Assembly (NCBI GenBank): GCA_944389615.1
Contig: CALXNA010000008.1
Coordinates: 16,194-80,193 of the forward strand
Length of the DNA stretch: 64,000 bases
From: an uncultured Anaerobiospirillum sp.
Lineage (GTDB): Bacteria; Pseudomonadota; Gammaproteobacteria; Enterobacterales; Succinivibrionaceae
Direction: 5' to 3'
Below are positions 1-11,358 of this stretch, one piece after another; position 1 is the first letter of the stretch; every line of letters begins with the position of its first letter. Position numbers and translations under genes: made by a program. The notes beneath the pieces were generated by a model. The model was given only the letters and a program-made list of their open reading frames with translations. It did not search any database and had not been told where the DNA came from.

Positions 1-447
1 CGTATAGTCTCCGCGCTTGAGCGCTGCGCGCACCGCCTGCGCCTGAGGCCACCATGCGGCGCCCGCCCCATCGATCACCGCCCAAGAAGCTGGCGGCACC
101 GCATTCGGCGCCGAGCGCGGCACAAGGCCCGGCCCTTCCACCGCACAGCGCGTGGCGTTTTGAGCGAAAAGTAAGGCCTCGCCGTGCTGGGCGAGCGCTC
201 CGATATAGGCTGGGGCAAAGGGGCGCTGCGGCAGCGCCTGTAAGGTGGCACCGCCACACAAGCGCAGGGTAACGTAGCTTGCAAGCTGCAAAGGCCCCGA
301 GCGCCAGTGTCCAGGCGCGAGTACCACTACGGCTTGGCACTCAGGCGCCCCCAGCTGCGCGGCGCGGTCAAGAGTGCTCTGGAGGGCCTCCGTGTGATCA
401 CTTATGCCATCAGGCTGCGCCTGAGGTCTGAGCTCAATTTCCCTCAT
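1..447 (-). CDS. Gene truncated by the left window edge (only the N-terminal ~149 codons visible). N-terminus resembles right-handed beta-helix (pectin-lyase fold / GH28-like) proteins.
   Basis: Hand translation of the minus strand from ATG ~447 stays open to position 1 (MREIELRPQAQPDGISDHTEALQSTLDRAAQLG..VVVLAPGHWRSGPLQLASYVTLRL.GGATLQAL). It is absent from the ORF track because no stop lies in the window. The family call rests on motif resemblance only. Confidence 0.3.
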   Translation of the reverse strand, partial: MREIELRPQAQPDGISDHTEALQSTLDRAAQLGAPECQAVVVLAPGHWRSGPLQLASYVTLRLCGGATLQALPQRPFAPAYIGALAQHGEALLFAQNATRCAVEGPGLVPRSAPNAVPPASWAVIDGAGAAWWPQAQAVRAALKRGDYT

Positions 448-558
448 GGTTGGATGCATCCTGCGCCAAAATTCCCCCATCCGGGTACAATGAGGCGCGC
501 GCTGAGCGTACATCTGCGGCATTGCGCCGTAGCCCTTAGGTCAGCTCTCATTTGCCCC

Positions 559-1107
559 ATGGTTAATCTCTTCTACCAAGTCGGCTACTCCGGCTTAGCT
601 ATCATCTTATTGGCCCTGATCGCGATCTTTATGGCCATTCGCGGCATTGTCCTCGCCTATCTGGTCGCCAAGCAAGGCTTTGCCCCGCACTCGGTGTTAA
701 GCGGTATTATCGCGAAGATCACCGCTCAAGAGCAGAATGCCCAAGACGCAAGCGAGCGCGAGCTCGTCATCAACACCTTAATGCAGGTACAGCTCAAGGG
801 CATCTACAGCTCGCTATACTTTCTCAAGCTCTGCGCCGCCATTGGCCCGCTCCTTGGCCTCCTTGGCACCGTTCTTGGCATGATCGACGTCTTCTCCAAC
901 CTCTCGCAGCGCGCTATGCCTGATGCCAATATGCTCGCCGGGGGCATCTGGGAGGCCTTACTCACCACAGTGATGGGGCTGACCTTGGCCATTCCGGCGC
1001 TCATCATCCACTTTTACCTGCTCATCAACTTGCGCAGCTTCCGCAACAAGATCACCTTGATCTTATGCCATCACAGCGAGCTGGTGCCTGAGCTCACGAA
1101 GAAGTAG
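559..1107 (+). CDS. exbB: ExbB/TolQ/MotA-family proton-channel protein
   Basis: ORF 307..1107. An internal ATG at 559 begins the first TM segment (MVNLFYQVGYSGLAIILLALIAIF). C-terminal GPLLGLLGTVLGMI...GGIWEALLTTVMGLTLAIPALI is typical of ExbB/TolQ. exbD and tonB follow. Confidence 0.8.
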   Translation: MVNLFYQVGYSGLAIILLALIAIFMAIRGIVLAYLVAKQGFAPHSVLSGIIAKITAQEQNAQDASERELVINTLMQVQLKGIYSSLYFLKLCAAIGPLLGLLGTVLGMIDVFSNLSQRAMPDANMLAGGIWEALLTTVMGLTLAIPALIIHFYLLINLRSFRNKITLILCHHSELVPELTKK

Positions 1108-1110
1108 GCC

Positions 1111-1572
1111 ATGAACGATTTAGAAAACGACGATCTTGCCGTCGACCTGACCTCCCTCATCGACGTCACCTTCATGCTGGTCATCTTCTTTATCATGACC
1201 ATGAGCTTTACTTTGCCGGTGATCGACTTCAATCTGCCGCAATCGAGTACCGCCAAAAGCGAGGAGCGCACTCTGACGCTGCGCATCAGCGTCGATGCGC
1301 ACGGCGGCTATAGCGTGGACGCCAACACCCCGACCACCAAGGCCGCCCTCCCTGAGCTCATTGCTGCCAAGCTGCAGCAAAGTGCCGCCGTCAAAGAAGA
1401 GCTGACCTTGGAGCTGGTCATCGATGCGGCTGCCCCGAGCCAAGAGCTCATCTACGTTGCTGACCTTGCACGCACCTACACCCAAGGCCGTCTCGTCGTG
1501 GTCTCGACCCCAGTCGATGCCGCAGAACAAGACCGCGCACCTGCGCCAGCGCCCGCCCCGGATGCCTCATAA
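1111..1572 (+). CDS. exbD: ExbD/TolR-family biopolymer transport protein
   Basis: Starts 4 nt after exbB. The N-terminal DLTSLIDVTFMLVIFFIMT anchor is typical of ExbD/TolR. Confidence 0.8.
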   Translation: MNDLENDDLAVDLTSLIDVTFMLVIFFIMTMSFTLPVIDFNLPQSSTAKSEERTLTLRISVDAHGGYSVDANTPTTKAALPELIAAKLQQSAAVKEELTLELVIDAAAPSQELIYVADLARTYTQGRLVVVSTPVDAAEQDRAPAPAPAPDAS

Positions 1573-1575
1573 GCT

Positions 1576-2448
1576 ATGGCTCTCTTCTCAACTCAGCACC
1601 CCGATCTCATCGCGCGCACTGCAGGCTTTGCCGGTGTCTTTGCCACGCTCATTGCCATTGGCATCTGGGATCAACCTGAGTTTGTGATTACGCCGCAGCA
1701 AAACTTCGCCGCCGTCGAGCTGACCTTACAGGTCGCCCCGCTCCCTGAGGAGCCGCCCACCCAAGAGCTCATTACCCAGCCTGAGCCCCAACCTGAGGAC
1801 ACCACCGAGGTAACCCCTGAGCCCCTTCCCGAACCCGAGCCAGAACCTGAGCCTGCGCCCGAACCGCTACCTGATGCTAGCCCCGAGCCTGACCTCACCA
1901 TCAATTCTGAGCCCCCTAAGGTCGAGCCGAAGCCCGAACCGAAGGTGGAGCCTAAGCCTGAGCCGAAGCCCGAACCTAAGGTCGAGCCTAAACCTGAGCC
2001 AAAACCCGAACCTAAGGTCGAGTCGAAGCCTAAGGTCGAGTCGAAGCCTCAGCCGAAACCGCAACCTGCCCCCAAAAAGGTAGAGTCGCAAGTGCAGCCG
2101 CAGACCACAACCGTGCCGCCTGCAGCTGAGCCGGTCAGCCCTAAGCCTGCCCCAGCAACAGTCACTGCCCAGATGCAGGCGCAAGTGACCTCGCTGTTGG
2201 TCAATGAGATCAAGAGCAAGACGCGCTATCCGCGCAATGCGGTACGGCGCAAGCTCGAAGGCACGGTCATGATGGAGTTTGTAGTGCAAGACGGCATCGT
2301 CGTGGGCTACCGTTTAGAGCAAAGCTCGGGGCATAAGATCTTAGATGCCGCTGCGCAGAAGCTTGCGCAGTCGATGATGCAATTTAACACCGGCAATCGC
2401 CTGCTCAATCACCGGATCTTGATTCCTATCAAGTATGAGCTGCTCTAA
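1576..2448 (+). CDS. tonB: TonB energy transducer
   Basis: N-terminal TM segment, long Pro-Glu / Pro-Lys spacer, and a C-terminal TonB domain ([25 protein letters not shown]). Confidence 0.8.
   Translation: MALFSTQHPDLIARTAGFAGVFATLIAIGIWDQPEFVITPQQNFAAVELTLQVAPLPEEPPTQELITQPEPQPEDTTEVTPEPLPEPEPEPEPAPEPLPDASPEPDLTINSEPPKVEPKPEPKVEPKPEPKPEPKVEPKPEPKPEPKVESKPKVESKPQPKPQPAPKKVESQVQPQTTTVPPAAEPVSPKPAPATVTAQMQAQVTSLLVNEIKSKTRYPRNAVRRKLEGTVMMEFVVQDGIVVGYRLEQSSGHKILDAAAQKLAQSMMQFNTGNRLLNHRILIPIKYELL
1756..2100 (+). repeat. Coding Pro-Glu / Pro-Lys repeats (EPEPEP..., [12 protein letters not shown]...) forming the TonB spacer
   Basis: Visible reiteration of gagcc(t/g)aa(g/a)cc(t/c)ga units and of the [12 protein letters not shown] peptide. 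Confidence 0.7.
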
Positions 2449-2452
2449 TAAG

Positions 2453-2482
2453 CGCAGCCCCTGACCGGATGGTCAGGGGCTG
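2453..2482. terminator. Hairpin between convergent tonB and the receptor gene (bidirectional terminator candidate)
   Basis: gcagcccctgacc-ggat-ggtcaggggctgc forms a perfect 13-bp stem. Confidence 0.55.
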
Positions 2483-2514
2483 CGTGAGGACTGCAAGGCC
2501 TAAAGGGGCGGGCG

Positions 2515-4605
2515 TTAGAACTTGCCGGAGATGCCCACGGTAAAGAAACGGCCTGGCTCGTGGATGATCTCGTTGGTCTGGTAGTTCTTGTCTAAGATGT
2601 TCTCGACACTGCCATAGACCGTGAACTGGTCGTTGCTACCAAAGCGCGTGGAGATGCGCAGGTTCAAGGTGACGTAGCCACCGTACTCCTGCGGCCCAAA
2701 GTACGACCAGCCGTCTAAGTTATCGTTCTTGGTGGCGGTGGCGAAGTTGGCAAAGCCATCTAAGTCAAAGTAACGGCCATAGTACTTAACACCGCTGTTG
2801 CCAAAGAACTTCGGCGTACCGGTATTGGTCGAGGAGCCCGCTTGGGTCTCGTATTTTCGCTCCATGAGGGTGATGTTGAGGTACGGCTCGACGCTCCACT
2901 GAGTCAGGTACGACAGAGCTGCCTCAAAGCCGTAACTATGGGCCTGCGCGATGTTGTGGTAGGTATAGAACTGACCGTTGCGCGCCGTCTCGATGTAATT
3001 GTCCGACTTGGTATAGAACAAGGAGGCGTCGGCCATTAAGCCGCCCTGCGGATCCTCCCAGCGAAAGCCTAACTCAAAGTTATCGGACTCCTCAGGCTTC
3101 AAGTCTGGATTGCCAGTCTGCAGAGTACCGGTCGAGGTCAAGAGATAGAGCTCTTGGATGTTCGGAACGCGGAAGCCCTGCGACCAGTTTAGGCGGAAGG
3201 CGCCATGATCCCATGGCCGATAGACCAAGCCCACCGAGCCTAAGGTCTTAACCTGCGAGACATCGTCGTAATCAAAGCTTCTCACCAGCGGCTCCCCCAT
3301 CAGCGAGCCGGTGAGCGTGGTGCTACCGGCCTTCGTCTTGATGTAGTTATAGCGGATGCCGGTGTTTAAGGTCAGCTCATCGGTCAAGTAGGTCGAAAGC
3401 AGGGCATACAGCGCATGGCTTTGCTGCTTGTAGTTGTCATCGTCGATGTCAAATTGGGCGTTGAAGACCGGGCCCATGGCAATGCCCACCGAGCTTGAGC
3501 TATCTAAGGACTCTTGGCGCCCGTCATAGCCGGTGATGAGGTAGAAGCGCTCGCCTAAGCTCCACTCCATTTGGAGATTACCACCGATGCTTTCTTGCTC
3601 GTTATAGACCGCGACGTCTAAGCCCGCCTGCGGGATGGAATTGAAGTCCTTGGTGTTCTTTTGGTAATAGAGCGAGACGTCGACGGCGGCCAAGTAGTCG
3701 GTGAGGTCATAGGCATGGGCGTAGAGCTTGTGCTTTTGGCGTTGCCACTTCGGGATATCACCCGAGAAGTTGCCGTAGGTCGGATCATCGACCGTGGTGC
3801 TCGTTTCGGCATTGGTGTCGAAGTATTCGCCGCTATAGCCTACCGTCAGTTGATCAGTCAGGTCATAGCTGAGATCACCGTTAAAGCCGGTGGCGTCGTA
3901 GGAGGTGTTATCAAGGCGCTCGTTATCGCTCAAGCGCATATCACCGGCGTTGGTGTTGAAGGCGCCCAAGGCGTACTTGAAACGATCCAAGGTGCCCGAG
4001 GCATTGGCGTACTCGGTGAAGCTGCGGTAGGCGCTGTTGAAGTTCAGGCCCGCCTCAAACTCAAAAGGCACCTCTGCGGCCTGCTTGGTGATGACATTGA
4101 CGATACCGCCTAAGGCATCGGAGCCATAGAGCACCGACGAAGGGCCCTTGACCACCTCAATGCGCTCAATGAAGTACGGGTTGATGAGCAGCGGTGCGCC
4201 CGACTTGTTCTTTTGGTCATCGATGCGTTGGCCATCGACCATGAGCAAGGTACGCGATGGGTTTTCACCGCGCAGCGCCACGCGCTTAACGCCCGGCGTG
4301 CCGTCTGACATCAAGGTCACGCCCGGCTCCTCGCGCAGCATCTCCGGGACATTGTCCACGCCCATGGTGCGCGCCTGCTCAGCTGACACCACTGCCATCG
4401 AGGCATCGACGTCCAGTAAGGGCTGCGCCATACGCGACGCGGTCACCACCACTGTCTCGCCTTGGACTTGGGTCAGTCCCGCGCCGCTGGCGCCTGCAGC
4501 CATTTCAGGCTCAGCAGCCGACACCGCAGCCGTCTCTGCGGCCCACGCCGTCCCCATCGTGCTTACGGCCAGCAATAACGCTAAGTTCAAAGAATTTCGT
4601 TGCAT
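2515..4605 (-). CDS. TonB-dependent outer-membrane receptor (substrate unknown)
   Basis: ORF 2515..4740. An internal ATG at 4605 gives a signal peptide (MQRNSLNLALLLAVSTMGTAWAAE). Plug motifs are present (ETVVVTASR; IERIEVVKGPSSVLYGSDALGGIVNVITK), and the C-terminus ends in F (...GISGKF). Confidence 0.85.
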   Translation of the reverse strand: MQRNSLNLALLLAVSTMGTAWAAETAAVSAAEPEMAAGASGAGLTQVQGETVVVTASRMAQPLLDVDASMAVVSAEQARTMGVDNVPEMLREEPGVTLMSDGTPGVKRVALRGENPSRTLLMVDGQRIDDQKNKSGAPLLINPYFIERIEVVKGPSSVLYGSDALGGIVNVITKQAAEVPFEFEAGLNFNSAYRSFTEYANASGTLDRFKYALGAFNTNAGDMRLSDNERLDNTSYDATGFNGDLSYDLTDQLTVGYSGEYFDTNAETSTTVDDPTYGNFSGDIPKWQRQKHKLYAHAYDLTDYLAAVDVSLYYQKNTKDFNSIPQAGLDVAVYNEQESIGGNLQMEWSLGERFYLITGYDGRQESLDSSSSVGIAMGPVFNAQFDIDDDNYKQQSHALYALLSTYLTDELTLNTGIRYNYIKTKAGSTTLTGSLMGEPLVRSFDYDDVSQVKTLGSVGLVYRPWDHGAFRLNWSQGFRVPNIQELYLLTSTGTLQTGNPDLKPEESDNFELGFRWEDPQGGLMADASLFYTKSDNYIETARNGQFYTYHNIAQAHSYGFEAALSYLTQWSVEPYLNITLMERKYETQAGSSTNTGTPKFFGNSGVKYYGRYFDLDGFANFATATKNDNLDGWSYFGPQEYGGYVTLNLRISTRFGSNDQFTVYGSVENILDKNYQTNEIIHEPGRFFTVGISGKF

Positions 4606-4780
4606 AGTTAAGCGCTTTCTACCATGTGGAACTACTGGCCCCACTCCACGGGGCAGGCACCACCATGAGAGCTTTGGCCCTGAGCCTTGCGGCCCACAAA
4701 AGTCTAATTCTAAGGAAAATTCCGGGATTTGGGCGGCCACTGCGTAAAATTAGCGCATCCTCAGCGCCCGCCCACGATAA

Positions 4781-4812
4781 AAAAGGGATAGCCGTACAGC
4801 TATCCCCTTTTC
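4781..4812 (-). terminator. Rho-independent terminator candidate downstream of ftsY
   Basis: gggatagc-cgtaca-gctatccc stem. On the minus strand it is followed by a T run (complement of aaaaaa at ~4779-4784). Confidence 0.55.
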
Positions 4813-4901
4813 TTGGCCCGCAGGCCCTGTGGGACCACGGCGCGCCTTATGGCGCAGCGCTCACGCCGCGCGCTCACAGCGTGAGCACAACGCGCGCGGC
4901 G

Positions 4902-7166
4902 CTACTCGCTGTCGATCAAGGCGTCGACAAAAGGCTCGACCTTAAACTCGCGCAGGTCTTCGACCTTCTCGCCAATGCCGACATAACGGATTGGGATATG
5001 GTAGTTGTGCGCTAAGTTGATCACGACGCCGCCCTTGGCTGAGCCATCGAGCTTGGTTAAGACCAAGCCGGAGACCTCGACTGCTTCCTTGAAGATCTTG
5101 GTCTGGGATACGGCGTTTTGACCGGTCGCGGCATCTAAGACTAAGAGCGTCTCATGAGGGATCTCTGGGTCGATCTTCTTCATGACGCGCACAATCTTAC
5201 GCAGCTCCTCCATCAGGTTGTCTTTGTTTTGTAGACGACCGGCGGTATCGCACAGTAAGACGTCAACCCCGCGGGCCTTAGCAGCCGTGACGGCGTCATA
5301 GAGCACCGAGGCGCTATCTGAACCCGTCGCTTGCGCAATGACCGGCACCTGCGAACGCTCGCCCCACTCCTTGAGCTGCTCCACTGCCGCCGCGCGGAAG
5401 GTATCGCCTGCCGCCAGCATCACCGAGAGGCCTTGCTCTTGGAACTTGCGCGCGAGCTTGCCGATTGTGGTCGTCTTGCCCGCACCGTTAACGCCGACCA
5501 TCAAGATGACATACGGCTTCTTAGTGGTGACATCGAGCGGTACGGCGCACGGCGTCAAGATCTCGCTTAAGATGGCCTTTAAGTTCTTGCGCAAAGCACC
5601 CGCATCGCGCAGGTCGCGCAGACGGGACTCATCACGCAAGCGCTCGATCACCATCTGGGTGGTCTCATTGCCCAAGTCGGCCATGATGAGGGCCGTCTCA
5701 AGCTCCTCATAGAGCTCATCGTCGATCTTGCGACCAAAGATCAAGGCACCAACACCGCTAGCGAGATTGTCGCGGGTCTTGCGCAGGCGCGCAAAGAACG
5801 ATTCGCGCTCTTGCTTATCCGCCACGCTCGGCTGCTCTGCCTCAACCAGCGCGCTAGCCTCTTCTACCGGAACTTCCTCTACCGCACTAGGCTCACTCTC
5901 AGCCGCAAGCTCAGCGACAGGCTCAGCAGCTTCTGCAGCCGCTCCCTTTTCAGCCTTAGTCTTGCGCTTACGCTTCGGCTTAGCAGGCTCAACTGGCTCT
6001 GCAGCGGCCGGAGCCTCAGCCGTTTCCTCAGCAACTGCTACGGCAGCCTCAGCTTCCTTTTCCGCCTTAGTCTTGCGCTTACGCTTTGGTTTGGCCGGAG
6101 CTTCCGCTGCTAGCACTGCTGCTGCCGCAGCAGCCTCTTGCTCGGCCTTAGCCTTGGCCTCAGCCTCAGCACGCTCACGGGCTTCTTGCTCGGTCTTGGC
6201 TTCAGCCTCAGCCCGCTCACGAGCTTCTTGCTCGGCCTTGGCTTCAGCCTCAGCCCGCTCACGGGCCTCTTGCTCAGCCTTGGCCTCAGCCTCAGCGCGC
6301 TCACGGGCTTCTTGCTCGGCTTTAGCCTTAGCCTCAGCCTCAGCGCGCTCACGAGCTTCTTGCTCGGCCTTGGCCTTAGCCTCGGCCTCAGCGCGCTCGC
6401 GGGCTTCTTGCTCGGCTTTAGCCTTAGCTTCGGCCTCAGCGCGCTCACGAGCCTCTTGCTCAGCCTTAGCCTTGGCTTCAGCCTCAGCGCGCTCACGGGC
6501 TTCTTGCTCGGCTTTTGCCTTAGCCTCAGCCTCAGCGCGCTCACGAGCTTCTTGCTCGGCCTTGGCCTTAGCTTCGGCCTCAGCGCGCTCGCGGGCTTCT
6601 TGCTCGGCTTTTGCCTTAGCCTCAGCGCGCTCACGAGCTTCTTGCTCAGCCTTAGCCTCAGCCTCAGCGCGCTCACTGGCCTCTTGCTCGGCTTTTGCCT
6701 TAGCTTCGGCCTCAGCGCGCTCGCGGGCTTCTTGCTCGGCTTTTGCCTTAGCTTCGGCCTCAGCGCGCTCGCGGGCTTCTTGCTCGGCCTTGGCCGCAGC
6801 TTCGGCCGCAGCTTCGGCCGCGGCGGCGGCTTGAGCGGAGGCTGGAGCCTCGATGGTGTCTACCGGTTCAGCGTCATTTGCAACAGCAGGAGAGGTCGCA
6901 ACCTCCGACTCGTTAGACTTCTGAGTCTGATCCAGATTGGAGCTGTCGCAAGTTGGCTCTTTTTTTTCGGCTTCCTCCACCTGATCGGCAATGGAGTCAT
7001 TGCTGTCTTGATTCTCGGGATTGATGAAGACCGCATCATTGTCCGCAGGCGCTTCGTGCTGGCCTTGCTCATTCTCTAAGGCGTCAACTATCGGTTGATC
7101 ATCCTGAGCCTTGGCAGCTTCATCCTTGCGCTTGCCAAAGCCAAATAACTTCGAAAAAAATCCCAT
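4902..7166 (-). CDS. ftsY: Signal-recognition-particle receptor FtsY with a greatly expanded acidic/Ala-rich A domain
   Basis: NG domain motifs [20 protein letters not shown] and TKLDG. The likely start is [12 protein letters not shown] at 7166 (ORF track 4902..7208). Confidence 0.9.
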   Translation of the reverse strand: MGFFSKLFGFGKRKDEAAKAQDDQPIVDALENEQGQHEAPADNDAVFINPENQDSNDSIADQVEEAEKKEPTCDSSNLDQTQKSNESEVATSPAVANDAEPVDTIEAPASAQAAAAAEAAAEAAAKAEQEARERAEAEAKAKAEQEARERAEAEAKAKAEQEASERAEAEAKAEQEARERAEAKAKAEQEARERAEAEAKAKAEQEARERAEAEAKAKAEQEARERAEAEAKAKAEQEARERAEAEAKAKAEQEARERAEAEAKAKAEQEARERAEAEAKAKAEQEARERAEAEAKAEQEARERAEAEAKAEQEARERAEAEAKTEQEARERAEAEAKAKAEQEAAAAAAVLAAEAPAKPKRKRKTKAEKEAEAAVAVAEETAEAPAAAEPVEPAKPKRKRKTKAEKGAAAEAAEPVAELAAESEPSAVEEVPVEEASALVEAEQPSVADKQERESFFARLRKTRDNLASGVGALIFGRKIDDELYEELETALIMADLGNETTQMVIERLRDESRLRDLRDAGALRKNLKAILSEILTPCAVPLDVTTKKPYVILMVGVNGAGKTTTIGKLARKFQEQGLSVMLAAGDTFRAAAVEQLKEWGERSQVPVIAQATGSDSASVLYDAVTAAKARGVDVLLCDTAGRLQNKDNLMEELRKIVRVMKKIDPEIPHETLLVLDAATGQNAVSQTKIFKEAVEVSGLVLTKLDGSAKGGVVINLAHNYHIPIRYVGIGEKVEDLREFKVEPFVDALIDSE
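6130..6795 (-). repeat. In-frame tandem repeat, ~48-nt unit ([16 protein letters not shown]), about 14-15 copies, inside ftsY
   Basis: Repeats are directly visible in both the nucleotide and protein sequence. Some units are 42 nt (missing AK). Confidence 0.9.
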
Positions 7167-7832
7167 GCTGCGACATTCCACTAGATACGTTTGAGCGCGC
7201 AGGCTCAAACCGTGAGAGTTTAGCTCGGATAAGCCCGCCAGACGGCGCGCTCACTGTGCTCTTGCGGGCCTCAAGCCTGCGCTTACCCCTACTAAACATA
7301 ACCAAAGTTTACGGTCATAAGGGGGAAGGAGCTTGAGTCTTGGCGGCAGCGGCAGCGCTGCCGAGTCACGGGCAAGATAAGATGACGTCCCTGCCAAATC
7401 ACCCGCTTTAGCCCACGCAATAGCATAACTTTCTTATTATAGCCAAAAAGCACGGCGCTTTAGGCGCAGCACGGCAAATCGCGGGCGCGCGCGTTATGCT
7501 TGCCGGGCTTGCTGGGCCGCGGGGTCGGCGCTTGGCCTGCGCTTGCCCCACGCTTACTCCAAACTGGGCTTGCGCTGGCCAGCAGGCGACCGAAGGCGAG
7601 CGCAGACGCTGGTACAATGTGCGCTAAAGTCACAGATAGTAGAGCAGCATAGCAGCGCGCCGCCGTAAACTGACCAAGCCCCTGAGGCAGTCGAGCAGCT
7701 CTATCAAGAGTATTACCTAGCCCAGTATCTGTGCTAAGTCCACTGCCCCGTCCGGTTGGGCCAGAGCTGCTAGGGTCGGGGTTACTAAGAGCTGAGCCCC
7801 TGCTTGGTTTGAGTTCACAAGGAAAAGAAAGC

Positions 7833-8405
7833 ATGGCCTACGATAACAAGGTGCGGATCATCGCCGGAAGCTTGAAGGGACGCCGTCTTGAGGTGATGGA
7901 TTTAGAGGGGCTGCGCCCGACCACCGAGCGGGTGCGCGAGACGGTATTCAATTGGCTGGGAGCGCAGGTCGTGGGCGCGCGCGTCCTCGACTTGTTTGCC
8001 GGCTCAGGAGCTTTGGGCCTTGAGGCGCTCTCGCGCGGGGCGGCTGAGGTGACCTTAGTCGAAAAAGACCGCGACAATGCGGCCTTGTTGCGCCAAACCC
8101 TGCAGAGCCTGCCTGCCTCTGTAAGCGGCACGGCCACACTGCAAAGCGGTGATGCCTTGGAGTATCTCAAGCAGCTGCCTCAGGGGCCACGTTTTGACCT
8201 GATCTTCTTAGATCCGCCTTTTAAGAGCGACCTGCTCGAACCGGCCGTGGAGCTGATCGTCTCAAAAGATCTGCTCGCTGACGGAGGCCGCGTCTACGTG
8301 GAGATGGGGGCGGCGCAGCATAAGGTCTTGCTGGGCCTGTCGCAGCTCCGCGCCAATACCATCGGCCAGTGCCACTTTGCCCTCTACGAGCGCAGCTTCT
8401 TTTAG
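7833..8405 (+). CDS. rsmD: 16S rRNA (guanine966-N2)-methyltransferase
   Basis: ORF 7731..8405. ATG at 7833 is preceded by aaggaaaag. Motifs DLFAGSGALGLEALSRGA and DPPF. It is divergent from ftsY, as in E. coli. Confidence 0.8.
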   Translation: MAYDNKVRIIAGSLKGRRLEVMDLEGLRPTTERVRETVFNWLGAQVVGARVLDLFAGSGALGLEALSRGAAEVTLVEKDRDNAALLRQTLQSLPASVSGTATLQSGDALEYLKQLPQGPRFDLIFLDPPFKSDLLEPAVELIVSKDLLADGGRVYVEMGAAQHKVLLGLSQLRANTIGQCHFALYERSFF

Positions 8406-8436
8406 CGTTATGTTAAATCGTTGTGCGGCGCTGATA

Positions 8437-8459
8437 AAAGGGATCACCGATCCCTTTTA
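8437..8459. terminator. Bidirectional terminator candidate
   Basis: aaaagggatc-acc-gatcccttttat is a perfect stem flanked by A and T runs. Confidence 0.55.
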
Positions 8460-8609
8460 TGGGCCTACACGGCAGGCTCTCCTTCGCGCCTGAAGCGCGC
8501 CCCACGTCAAATATGACGTGGGGGCTGCGCCGCAAACGCCCGCTGGGCGGGCGCGGCGGCCTGCGCACAGCGCACAGCGCGGAACGCAGAGCGCTAAGCG
8601 CGAGGCGGA

Positions 8610-9038
8610 CTAGCGAGCGCGGGAGCGCGCCAGCTCGACCACCTTGAGCTGAGCCATCGCCTCGGAGAGCTTGATGAAGGCCTGAGTGTAGTCCTTGTCA
8701 CCAGCATTGGTGCGGGCAATCGCTTCGCGGGCAGCACGCATCGCCTCTTGGGCCTTGGCCTCGTCGATGTCGTCGGCACGTAAGGCCGTATCGGCCAGTA
8801 CCGTGACCTCTTCAGGCTGTACCTCTAAGATGCCACCGGCAAGGTAGATCTGGTCTGGTTTGCCCTCGGCATCGACCAAGGAGACCATGCCCGACTTGAT
8901 GGTGGTAATCAAAGGCGTGTGTCCGTGGCGAATGCCCAGCTCACCCTCAGAGCCGGTGATCGACATCGCGCGCACCCGCCCTGAATACAGGCTGCTGACA
9001 CCACTGACCACATTCAGATGGAAAGTAATATCTTCCAT
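8610..9038 (-). CDS. atpC: F1 ATP synthase epsilon subunit
   Basis: Position after atpD, plus typical sequence (HLNVVS...SGMVSL..ILEVQP). Confidence 0.9.
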   Translation of the reverse strand: MEDITFHLNVVSGVSSLYSGRVRAMSITGSEGELGIRHGHTPLITTIKSGMVSLVDAEGKPDQIYLAGGILEVQPEEVTVLADTALRADDIDEAKAQEAMRAAREAIARTNAGDKDYTQAFIKLSEAMAQLKVVELARSRAR

Positions 9039-9051
9039 GAGTCAGCCTCCG

Positions 9052-10476
<1,425 letters not shown>

Positions 10477-10484
10477 TCAAAAAG

Positions 10485-11348
10485 TTAGACCGCAGAGGCA
10501 CCGGAGACGATGTCGTTGAGTTCCATCGTGATACCGGCTTGACGTGCCTTGTTATATTCCAGCTGCAGGTCACTGACTAAGGACTCAGCATTGTCGGTGG
10601 CAGCCTTCATGGCCACCATACGGGCCGCCTGCTCACTGGCGAGGTTCTCAAGCACCGCTTGATAAACCATCTGCTGAATATAACGATCTAAAACAACGTT
10701 CAAAATGATAGCTGGGTCAGGCTCGTAGATGTAGTCCCAGTGCTGCTTGACGATCTTCTCGTCATCAGTCTTCGGCAGGGGCAGTAACTGCACTACCATC
10801 GGGATCTGCACCATGGTGTTCTTGAAGCCGTTAAAGCACAGGTGGAGCTCATCGACCCCACCGTTCAAGAACTCTTGGGTCATGACCTTGATCGCACCGA
10901 CCAGCTTCTCCGGTGCCGGATCGTCACCAAAGCCCGCATGTTGGGCAATGACGTCGACTCCGGCCCGCGCAAAGAAAGCGTTGGCCTTGCCGCCCAATAA
11001 GGCGACCTTAACGCCCAGACCCTGATCTAACTTGGTCTTGATGTCGGCCAAGACCTTGCGGAACAGGTTGATGTTAAGACCACCGCACAGGCCACGATCG
11101 GTCGAGACGATGATGTAACCAACGTTCTTGACCTCGCGCTGCACCATGTAAGGGTGATGGTACTCGGTGTGACCGGCAGCAATGTGACCAATGATGCGAC
11201 CCAAGGCCTGCGAGTAAGGACGCGAAGAGGTCATCTTCTCTTGGGCACGCCGCATCTTTGATGCAGCTACCATTTGCATCGCACTAGTGATCTTCTGAGT
11301 GCTCTTCACACTTGCGATCTTCGTGCGGATTTCTTTTGCGCCAGCCAT
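10485..11348 (-). CDS. atpG: F1 ATP synthase gamma subunit
   Basis: [33 protein letters not shown] and the C-terminal [15 protein letters not shown]. Confidence 0.95.
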   Translation of the reverse strand: MAGAKEIRTKIASVKSTQKITSAMQMVAASKMRRAQEKMTSSRPYSQALGRIIGHIAAGHTEYHHPYMVQREVKNVGYIIVSTDRGLCGGLNINLFRKVLADIKTKLDQGLGVKVALLGGKANAFFARAGVDVIAQHAGFGDDPAPEKLVGAIKVMTQEFLNGGVDELHLCFNGFKNTMVQIPMVVQLLPLPKTDDEKIVKQHWDYIYEPDPAIILNVVLDRYIQQMVYQAVLENLASEQAARMVAMKAATDNAESLVSDLQLEYNKARQAGITMELNDIVSGASAV

Positions 11349-11358
11349 GTTAGAGCTC

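Noticed and set aside
54-558. Plus-strand ORF 54..272 and the 5' extension (307..558) of the exbB ORF.
   Set aside because: The peptides are Arg/Pro/Ala-rich and look off-frame. The opposite strand carries a better-looking open frame (1..447), and the ExbB homology starts at the internal ATG at 559.
5728-7079. Long ORFs on the plus strand and in off-frames (5728..6834, 6138..7079, 6110..6676) overlapping ftsY.
   Set aside because: They only translate the 48-nt ftsY tandem repeat in other frames or strands (monotonous [10 protein letters not shown] / [12 protein letters not shown] / LRLRPSKK peptides). ftsY itself has unambiguous NG-domain motifs.
8500-8523. Perfect 10-bp-stem hairpin CCCCACGTCA-AATA-TGACGTGGGG downstream of atpC.
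   Set aside because: It has no T tract and occurs only once, so it could be a minor terminator or stabiliser element, or chance. That is not enough for a feature call.
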